Shown one piece after another: positions 55,371 through 64,000 of a DNA stretch of 64,000 nt. Both the position numbers and the translations under genes were made by a program. The stretch is from the human T2T-CHM13v2.0 reference genome, Homo sapiens. The notes beneath the pieces were generated by a model. That model had not been told where the DNA came from. It did not search any database and saw nothing but the letters and a program-made list of their open reading frames with translations. Every line of letters begins with the position of its first letter. The first letter of the stretch is position 1. The stretch lies in NCBI RefSeq assembly GCF_009914755.1, contig NC_060935.1, one strand, 5' to 3'.

Positions 55371-55918
55371 GTGAGAGCCATGGGCTGGCTGGGCCTAGCC
55401 AGGCAGCAGTTTGGGCCACACACCACCCTCTACTTGTCACCCCTACATGGCCTCAGCCTAACCCCTGCCATCAGCCTTCATTTATCCACTCAGCCCTGGG
55501 AGGACAGTGTCCACTCTCTAGGGACTCAGAGTATGGTGACAAAGAGGATGGCTACAGTGAGGGATCCCAGAACTGTGCACCTAGTCTGGCCAGGGGCAGG
55601 GCACCCAGGAGGGTGACCAGGAGGATGCCTGCCCACACCCCACCTGACCCTTCTCTAGACAAAAGCCTGCGCTTCCCACAGCCTCTCCATTTTAGAGGGG
55701 GCCCTGCCCACACCCTCCCTTGGCCTGTGTTTCCTCGATGGCAGATGCATGTCTGCTTGACCTTGCTCTCCCCTGGGGTTAGTACTGCAACAGGCACACA
55801 GGATGCTTTTGCAAATGTTTACTGAAATAACGATGCTGCTGTGGCTCCCAGACCCCAGAGTAGGCCTGGCTGGACAGGCCTTGGTGCCGAATTTCTCACC
55901 TGTCCTTGCTGGGGACAG

Positions 55919-56091
55919 GTTTGTGCCTCGACACGAAGACGAACTTGAGCTGGAAGTGGATGACCCTCTGCTAGTGGAGCTCCAGGCTGAAGACTACTGG
56001 TACGAGGCCTACAACATGCGCACTGGTGCCCGGGGTGTCTTTCCTGCCTATTACGCCATCGAGGTCACCAAGGAGCCCGAGCACATGGCAG
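55919..56091 (+). CDS. MAPK8IP1: MAPK8IP1 exon 7 (SH3 domain)
   Basis: cag|GTTT...GCAG|gtagtg; [49 protein letters not shown]; 173 nt. Confidence 0.96.
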
Positions 56092-56384
56092 GTAGTGTTC
56101 CCTCCCTGGCCTGTGCCCCCAGCCACCACATCTGTCTGCCCCAACTTGCTGCTAGGTGAACGTGTACTCCAGATCTCAGCCAGCCAGGTGGGGGGCTGAG
56201 TGGAAGTGATTTTAGGTCCTTTTCACGATCAAGCAAAGTGAGGCCCGGCCAAGTTGGGCAGCCAGGGATTGTGGCAGCCTCTGTGGGCTCTGCCATTCCC
56301 CGTGCCTCACCCACCCTCCTTCACTTGGCTGCTCAGCTCCCTCCTGCTCTTTCTGCCCCTCCTCAATTCACGCTTGCTTTCCAG

Positions 56385-56494
56385 CCCTGGCCAAAAACAG
56401 TGACTGGGTGGACCAGTTCCGGGTGAAGTTCCTGGGCTCAGTCCAGGTTCCCTATCACAAGGGCAATGACGTCCTCTGTGCTGCTATGCAAAAG
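56385..56494 (+). CDS. MAPK8IP1: MAPK8IP1 exon 8 (PTB/PID start)
   Basis: cag|CC...AAG|gtacct; [36 protein letters not shown]; 110 nt. Confidence 0.96.
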
Positions 56495-56647
56495 GTACCT
56501 GAGCCCTCTCCCTTCTCCTCCCTTGGATGGGTCCCTGGGGCAGAGGGACGCAGGTGTCTAGAGGCAGTAAAGGGCTCAGGCCCTGGGACAGGAGGGATCA
56601 GCAGAGGAACAGACAGCAGCTGACGTGGCTCCATTTGTCACCTGTAG

Positions 56648-56764
56648 ATTGCCACCACCCGCCGGCTCACCGTGCACTTTAACCCGCCCTCCAGCTGTGT
56701 CCTGGAGATCAGCGTGCGGGGTGTGAAGATAGGCGTCAAGGCCGATGACTCCCAGGAGGCCAAG
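56648..56764 (+). CDS. MAPK8IP1: MAPK8IP1 exon 9 (PTB)
   Basis: tag|ATT...AAG|gtgact; [39 protein letters not shown]; 117 nt. Confidence 0.96.
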
Positions 56765-56900
56765 GTGACTTCTTCCAACCCAGCCCCTTCCTTCCATGGC
56801 CCCAAGCTCTCCCCCAAGACTTGCGATGAAGAGGCCATCTCCTGTCACCCTCACTGCAGGCCAGGTGACCGCCCTCTTGCTTCTTTTCTCCCTCCTGTAG

Positions 56901-56971
56901 GGGAATAAATGTAGCCACTTTTTCCAGTTAAAAAACATCTCTTTCTGCGGATATCATCCAAAGAACAACAA
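56901..56971 (+). CDS. MAPK8IP1: MAPK8IP1 exon 10 (PTB)
   Basis: tag|GGG...CAA|gtaagt; [23 protein letters not shown]; 71 nt. Confidence 0.96.
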
Positions 56972-57080
56972 GTAAGTGGGGGTGGGATGGCAGTGGAGGA
57001 GGCACGGGTGGTCTGCAGCCTTGAGGTGGGTGGGTGTGGGCCGAGCCCCCGTCCCAGCACAGACAGACCTGTCCCTGCAG

Positions 57081-57179
57081 GTACTTTGGGTTCATCACCA
57101 AGCACCCCGCCGACCACCGGTTTGCCTGCCACGTCTTTGTGTCTGAAGACTCCACCAAAGCCCTGGCAGAGTCCGTGGG
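57081..57179 (+). CDS. MAPK8IP1: MAPK8IP1 exon 11 (PTB)
   Basis: cag|GTAC...GTGGG|gtacgt; [32 protein letters not shown]; 99 nt. Confidence 0.96.
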
Positions 57180-57578
57180 GTACGTGTACACCCTGCTGAG
57201 CACCCAGCCCGAGGGAGCACGCCCAATCCCAGGCCCTGGGGCTGCTTCCTGGCGCTCAGCTTTGCCCCTCGGTTTCCCCCGCAGCTCTGGAGAACTATCT
57301 CCGGACCCCAGTGCGGGTGGCCTGGAGGGAGGGTGGCGCGGCAGGGTGAGCCTGAGGAGCAGCTTCCAAGCTTGGTAGCTGTTGGGCCATGTCTTCAACT
57401 GACATCTTACTGGGAAACGCGATGGCAATTCTGTAGAGAACAGAGCCAAGTGGCCCCAGCCAGAGGAACCAGAGCTGCACTTGGGCCCCAAGGCTCCAGC
57501 GGGAAAACCCTGGGTCGGGATCCTGTTCCTCCCTTGCCAGTGGCGATCTGAGCCATCTGTGTGTCCCCTGGCTTCTAG

Positions 57579-57651
57579 GAGAGCATTCCAGCAGTTCTAC
57601 AAGCAGTTTGTGGAGTACACCTGCCCCACAGAAGATATCTACCTGGAGTAG
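57579..57651 (+). CDS. MAPK8IP1: MAPK8IP1 exon 12, last coding part (kinesin light chain-binding C-terminus)
   Basis: tag|GAGA; [23 protein letters not shown]; the 12 exons sum to 2136 nt = 711 aa + stop. Confidence 0.97.
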
Positions 57652-58370
57652 CTGTGCAGCCCCGCCCTCTGCGTCCCCCAGCCCTCAGGCCAGTGCCAGG
57701 ACAGCTGGCTGCTGACAGGATGTGGCACTGCTTGAGGAGGGGCACCTGCCACCGCCAGAGGACAAGGAAGTGGGGGCCGCTGGCCCAGGGTAGGGGAGGG
57801 TGGGGCAATGGGGAGAGGCAAATGCAGTTTATTGTAATATATGGGATTAGATTCATCTATGGAGGGCAGAGTGGGCTGCCTGGGGATTGGGAGGGACAGG
57901 GCTTGGGGAGCAGGTCTCTGGCAGAGAAGGATGTCCGTTCCAGGAGCACACGGCCCTGCCCCATCCTGGGCCTTACCTCCCCTGCCAGGGCTCGGGCGCT
58001 GTGGCTCCTGCCTTGATGAAGCCCGTGTCCTGCCTTGATGAAGCCTGTGCCACCTGCAAGTGCCCGCCCTGCCCCTGCCCCAACCCCCACCGAAGAGCCC
58101 TGAGCTCAGGCTGAGCCCAGCCACCTCCCAAGGACTTTCCAGTGAGGAAATGGCAACACGTGGAGGTGAAGTCCCTGTTCTCAGCTCCGTCATCTGCGGG
58201 GCTTCTGGGTGGCTCCTGCCACTGACCTCACCGGCATGCTGGCCTGTGGCAGGCCTAGGACCTCAGGCGGGGAGGAGGAGCTGCCGCAAGGCCCTGTCCC
58301 AGCAGAAGAGGGAGGCTTCCTGACTGACACAGGCCAGCCCCATCTTGGTCCTGTCACCCTGGCCCCAACT

Positions 58371-58376
58371 ATTAAA
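58371..58376 (+). terminator. MAPK8IP1 polyadenylation signal ATTAAA
   Basis: ATTAAA ~720 nt after the stop and before the antisense FREY1 3' end. Confidence 0.8.
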
Positions 58377-58481
58377 GTGCCATTTCCTGTCTGGACTGCA
58401 GTGGATGTATCTGCATGGGCCCCTCCCGTCCCCGTCTCGCTCCCAGCCCAGGAAAGCCAAGCCTTTGTCACACATGGTATC

Positions 58482-58487
58482 TTTATG
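58482..58487 (-). terminator. Candidate FREY1 variant PAS CATAAA
   Basis: CATAAA on the - strand 11 nt after the stop codon. Confidence 0.55.
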
Positions 58488-58498
58488 AGGGCCTTGGG

Positions 58499-58620
58499 TC
58501 ATAGGTGTGCATCATAGTAATACTCGGCAAGGTCGGGCCCGTCCCGCTTGCGCTGCTGGGCCCTAGACAGGAGGGGTCGAGGCCCTCGCGGCCTTGGGTG
58601 CTTGGGGAGGATGCCATAGT
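58499..58620 (-). CDS. FREY1: FREY1 exon 3
   Basis: tag|AC; (D)YGILPKHPRPRGPRPLLSRAQQRKRDGPDLAEYYYDAHL*; total CDS 297 nt = 98 aa + stop. Confidence 0.92.
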
Positions 58621-58798
58621 CTAAAGAGAGAAAAGAGGGCATGGGTGGTAGGGGGCAGCTGGCTCTGATGGAACTGAAGTCACCCTTGAACAGATGTGGT
58701 TTGGGATGACAAGCCCCTGAAGGCTGGACTTGGGGCACCTCTTAGGGGCGTCTCCACTGTCAGGGATGGGTAGGGGAAGGGGACAAGAGAGATACTAC

Positions 58799-58872
58799 CA
58801 TCCACCAGGCCGGAAAGTGGCTGCGAGAGTTCCAGGGGGGCGGAAAATGCCTCAGGAACAGACCGCTGAGAC
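58799..58872 (-). CDS. FREY1: FREY1 exon 2
   Basis: cag|GTCT...GATG|gtagta; SQRSVPEAFSAPLELSQPLSGLVD; 74 nt. Confidence 0.92.
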
Positions 58873-59074
58873 CTGTGGGAGATGTCGGGGTGCTCAGCCC
58901 TGGCCCAGAAGGCCACCGCCACCTCCTTGTGAATGGGGGGATGGCTCAGTGTGGGGGCACTTGGCAAGCCCTCGAACGCCCAGGGTACCAGGGCCAGCCC
59001 CACTCCAGAGAGGGGAGGGGCAGCACCTCCACCATCCGGCCCAAGTGCCCTGCCCTCTGTGCCCCAGGAGTCAC

Positions 59075-59175
59075 CTCAGAGGCTGGGAGCGAAGCAGTGC
59101 CACTGCCAGGATGAGGTGGAGGAAGAGGCTGAGCCCAGCCCGGGGGTGCAGAGCCCCCAGCATGGCGAGAACCAT
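59075..59175 (-). CDS. FREY1: FREY1 (C11orf94) exon 1, hydrophobic signal-anchor
   Basis: MVLAMLGALHPRAGLSLFLHLILAVALLRSQPL(R); donor GAG|gtgact; 101 nt. Confidence 0.92.
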
Positions 59176-61614
59176 CTCCTACACGGGTCCTGGCTCCTGT
59201 CGTCCCTATGCTGGCAGGACGGAACCCGTTGCCGGCTCCCAGGGCCACCTCACAAAGGGCCTTCATTCCAAGCCTGCGTCAGCACCTGCCCTGGGGCAGG
59301 GCCAGCAGTCTCCCCCGAGGCTTGTTTTTGTTCTTATTGATGCTGTTGGCTAATAGGTGCCAAACCCGATCTTGTTCTAGTGTTGCTGTCCAAGGAATAA
59401 GAGCACACACTGTGGAGTCAGATCTCAGTTGAGGTCCTGACCTTGCCTCTTACTAGCCGGACAAGTCACTTCATCTCTGTGTGCCGGAGTTTCCTCATCT
59501 GTGACGTAGTCCATTACACACCCTACAGACATAGGCCCTCCGAAGAGGGCAGGGGATCCTCACCACCCAGAGCCCCAGCCATTCCTACAGCACCCCCCCC
59601 CCACCCCCACTGGCATGGCAGGAGGTCCGAGCAGGTCCCGCCAGCTGAGGAGCCCAGAGTGGCTCTCTCAGCCCTGCCTGTCTCAGGGTCTACGTGAGAG
59701 GGAGTGTGCAGGCTCCCTGTGTCCCCAGCTCAGGGCCTTTCCCTCTCCGCTCTCTGCAGCTTACAGCGGCCTGAGGCTGGATGGAGGGCTTCCAGACATA
59801 TGGTGGCAGAGCTCTGGACCTGCCCCTCAAGTGCAGGCTTCAGGAGGGCAGGGAGGGCTTTGTTCACTGGAATCTGCAGCCCTGGACCCCTGGTAGGCGC
59901 CCAGTGAGCCTGTACAGCTCGGCCCTGCACTGGACACCGTCCCCTCGCAGGCCTGGGCTCAGCTGCAGGTGCCACCAGAAGGCCTCTGGCTGGCTCCTGG
60001 TTCTCCACTCAGCAGCCAGGCTCAGCCCATTTATACCTGCAGTGCGAACCTGGCTCACCAGAACCATGGCAAGCCTTCAAAACAAAATCCCTGGCCCCAC
60101 CCCAGATCTGTAGTATCAGAACCTGAGGGCCGAGCCCAGGGCTCTGGAGCTTTGGTAATCCAGTTGCTTGAGATGGCCAACCTGCCAGCTGGCCCAGCCG
60201 CTCTCCTCTGACAGCTGAGGGGCCCAGGGAGGGAAGTCCCTTGTTTCCAACCCTGGCTCCTCCAGTGGCCTCATTCATGCTCCTGGTCCTGAGTACCGGA
60301 GGCTGACAAGTTCTGGCGGTTCCTTCAGCCCCGTCACCCCCTGCATGTTGTTCCCGCACTCACTTCCCAGTGGCCACCTCCCTTTATAAGTCCTGGAGAC
60401 AACACGTCTCCACGAGCCTGCCTCAGCATCCTGTGCCCACCAAGGCTTGCCCTGCCAGGAACCTGGAGTTCTGTCCACTCTGTCTAACCCCAAAGCCCCT
60501 CGTCCTTCTTGCTCCTCGTCTCCTAGACACCACCCTCTTCCTCCACGCCAGTCCCCAAGACTAGCTGGGGTTACCCTTAATCTCCCTATGTCTGCTGCCA
60601 CTGCCATTGCCCCTCCCACTGCTACAGACCACTGCCTCCAATGTCACGGCCCCCATTCTTCCACCTCTGCCCACCAAAGCATCCTCCACCAGGCTGCTGG
60701 AATATTTACAAACACAGACCCCTCCCCGCCTACCATAGACCAGGTCCAAGTTTCTCCCCTGGATATGTGATGCTATGTTCAGTTTGGCCCCGACCTTCCC
60801 CTCCAGCGTCCAGCTCCCACCTCCCATGGCTCCACAGAGCTGTGACCCTGGGCACACAGCGGCCCCTTGCAGGCTGTCTACCGAAAAACTGGACAGTTCT
60901 ACCGGTTTCAAGCCTGCCTGAGTCAAGGCTTGGCCAATGGAGCCCGATGAAACCCTTCACCTCTGTCACCACTGCAGGTAGGCAGTTGCCATTACCGGGG
61001 CACCCCCAAGCTAGACCCCGCTCTGGACATGCCACCTCCTGCCAAGTCCCCAGTGTGGTGCCTGCATCCACATGCCTGTTTCCTCCGTTGGTGAGAGGCG
61101 GAGGGCAGGGGACTGTGCTTCACTGCTGGTTTCTGATGGCCAGGCATGTGCCCAGAAACGCCTGTTCCACTAAGCTGGAGGCCATGGGAGCCCAGGCAGC
61201 CCCTTCCCCTGCCTGTGGGTGAGGACCTGGGGGGCGCTCCTCAGAGGGCCCTGGGGAAAGCAGTGTGTCTTGGAGGAGCTGAGGCATGGAGGACCAAGGT
61301 GTAGATGGAGCCCTCTCTGTGGGTTTGAAACTCTAGCATGAGAGGCTGGCTCTTCACAGGGCCAGTGGCTGAGGACAGGCTAAGTTCAGGGAGAAGAAGA
61401 CCAGCCTGCGGCCCACCCTGTCCAGGCCCTCCCCCATAGCAGCTTGCATGGCTCCAGGTGGACCCGGCCTCTGGAGCCTGCAGGGCAAGCATGGGGAAAC
61501 CCCAGCTCATACCCCCTGAACTGGCCCCGGCTTCCTCCCCGAGCCTGTCCAGCTCCCACTCCCTCCCCAGTGCTGGCCAGTGCCTGATGTCCTTTTTCTA
61601 AGGGAGAAAAGCCT

Positions 61615-61620
61615 TTTACT
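61615..61620 (-). terminator. PEX16 distal variant PAS AGTAAA
   Basis: AGTAAA followed by U-rich ggcttttctccctt; needed for transcripts using the downstream acceptor. Confidence 0.6.
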
Positions 61621-62018
61621 CTCAACCGAGGATGCAGGGCTTAAAGTGCCACTTGCGTGGGAGCCAGGCTCACTGTTCACCAGGCTCTGTCACAGGGAGG
61701 CTGGCAACGCCATGGCCTGGGGCTGCCAGAGCCACAGGGCCCTGCGGAGAAGGGGCAGACGGAGGGCCCCAGCCAGAAGACACGCTGGGCAGCGTTCAGC
61801 CATCACCCGGGTTCAGGCTTCCTGTCCTCACCAGGGGCCAGCGAGAGAGCAGCAGTGTTCGCTCCTATGGCTGCCGAGGCAAGCAGCTTCCCGGGCTCCA
61901 TGAGGTGAAGTCACCGCTTTCTGTGGGAGAGGAGCCTGGATCCCACTCCTAGTGAAGGCTTCTTGGCCCAGCAGTGACAAGGTGCGGGCTGCAGTGGCAT
62001 CGTCACAGGAGAGCGCAG

Positions 62019-62107
62019 TCAAGGGTGTCCTGGGAGGAACGCTGGTGGCGACCAGGGCTGTGTGTGGGGCCTGGCCGGTAGGCACGGAGAGGCCGCACGC
62101 TGGGACG
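62019..62107 (-). CDS. PEX16: PEX16 last exon via alternative downstream acceptor (C-terminus 10 aa longer)
   Basis: cag|CG; (T)SQRAASPCLPARPHTQPWSPPAFLPGHP*; in frame with the penultimate exon; matches the recalled PEX16 isoform 2 tail. Confidence 0.8.
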
Positions 62108-62121
62108 CTGCCGGAGTCAGT

Positions 62122-62127
62122 TTTATT
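62122..62127 (-). terminator. PEX16 proximal PAS AATAAA
   Basis: Canonical hexamer 56 nt after the canonical stop. Confidence 0.7.
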
Positions 62128-62183
62128 AGGGAAGAGGGGCTCCCTGCCCCACCCCTCCCCACACCCTCCTTCCGGGAGGTCTG

Positions 62184-62312
<129 letters not shown>

Positions 62313-62827
62313 TCACCCCTGCGGCCCAGGAGCCAGCCCAGCTGGCTGTCTTGCCCTGCCCCCAGGAGGCAGCACTGCAGGGGACTCTGGCACCATTTAC
62401 AAAGACCCTCAGGCCCAGAGAAGCTCAGCCAGGGTAGACACTGAGGGGCCTGAGTCAGGTCCAGTCACCCAACCCAAGCCCAGTGGGCCTCTGCTGAGGG
62501 AGGATCTCAGCAGCCCGGTGGACCCCTTCTCTGCCATTGAATCCCCCCAAGATGAGATGGTCCCGTATCGCTCCAGGATACTGTGACCAGAAAAAAGCTG
62601 GCAGCTGATGTGGTCCCCCCACCAGTGGACACCCTCCTTCCAGCCATCCCTGGCTCCTCAGGCCACCCTGGCCTATGCCCAGGGGCAGTCCCACCCAATC
62701 CTGACTTCCCGACTTCCTCTCCTGACTGTGCCAAGAATCAAATTGCAAGGAGACAGAGGAGTCAGGGAGGTGCTTGCATGCATGCGCCTTCCAGCACTAC
62801 AGTCATCGCGTCCCCATCCCTGCTTAC

Positions 62828-62892
62828 TTGTGACCAGGCCAACGCCAGGGACGTGGTCGGCCAGCAACTGGAGCAGGAAGAGGATCCTGGCC
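62828..62892 (-). CDS. PEX16: Peroxin 16 penultimate exon
   Basis: cag|GGCC...ACAA|gtaagc; ARILFLLQLLADHVPGVGLVT; 65 nt; upstream exons lie beyond the window end. Confidence 0.93.
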
Positions 62893-63586
62893 CTGGGGGA
62901 GGCAATAAATGGGGAGCAAGCTGAGTGGGGTGGGGGTGGGTCCCTGCAAACCAGGAGGCCCAGAGGCCTTCACTGACCACCGTGCCGAATGCAGCGCATT
63001 CCAGAAAACAAAGGTGACTTTCTTGGGAGCTAGGACAAAGCCCGGTACACAAGGGCAAGACCTCTGGGGTTGGCTCTGGCCTCCACCCTCCACCAGCTCA
63101 GCTTCGGGGTGGCCGCTGACCCACAACACCTCCTCCCATTCCTCTTTCCCCTTCCACCGACATCCAACACTGAAGGCCTCTAGAGGGTCGCATGTGGAGC
63201 AGCGCCCTGGCAGTATGGTGGAGGGTCCAGGGAGGACAACCCCACCCTGCCCTCGGGAAGCCCCCCAGTCTGGCAGAAGTGCTGGGCTGCATGGAAACCT
63301 CACAAGCCACCAATGAGAGTAGTCAGGACCTTGGTAGGGGACACAGTACTGAAGAGGGCACATTTTGGTTCAGGGGAAGGGGCAAGGCCCAAGGCCCTGA
63401 TTTTTAAGACAGGAGGGTTTTCCACAGGGGAACTCGGGTGAGATGAGGATGCTGATGACAATACATAGCGCTACGTGCTTACTACACCCCACGCACTGCT
63501 GTACGCGTTAGTCACTGAACCCCTACAAAGTGGGTACTGTCATCATCCCCATCTTACAGGTGAGGAAATGAGGCACAGGCGCATCA

Positions 63587-64000
<414 letters not shown>

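Noticed and set aside
56904-56909. AATAAA inside MAPK8IP1 exon 10
   Set aside because: Explained by the Asn-Lys codons at the start of an internal exon that has a strong downstream donor.
58730-59353. 207-aa + strand ORF over FREY1
   Set aside because: Antisense shadow of a GC-rich gene; the spliced - strand frame gives the recognisable protein.

Overview
Human (primate) genomic DNA from the CRY2 / MAPK8IP1 / FREY1 (C11orf94) / PEX16 locus, which I recognise as 11p11.2 from the encoded proteins. The + strand carries CRY2 coding exons 2-11 (exon 1 lies upstream of the window) and a 3'-UTR-only last exon. It also carries the complete 12-exon MAPK8IP1 (JIP1/IB1; CDS 2136 nt, 711 aa), with an RE1/NRSE in its CpG-island promoter and a second, alternative first coding exon at 48810-48880. 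The - strand carries the complete 3-exon FREY1 (98 aa), tail-to-tail with MAPK8IP1, and the last exons of PEX16 with two alternative C-termini. Introns are rich in Alu, MIR, L2, a MaLR LTR and DNA-transposon relics. I found no evidence of a new gene system, and most of the supplied ORF track is spurious. The most notable unexplained details are: (1) an Alu whose missing middle sits just upstream of it as a swapped block; (2) a PEX16 poly(A) hexamer that overlaps the likely branch point of the alternative last-exon acceptor; (3) a spliced overlapping uORF and a stop-free in-frame intron in MAPK8IP1; (4) a clock-motif cluster beside a CTG repeat in CRY2 intron 3. Exon boundaries were counted by hand and checked for frame. 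Repeat boundaries and subfamily calls are approximate.
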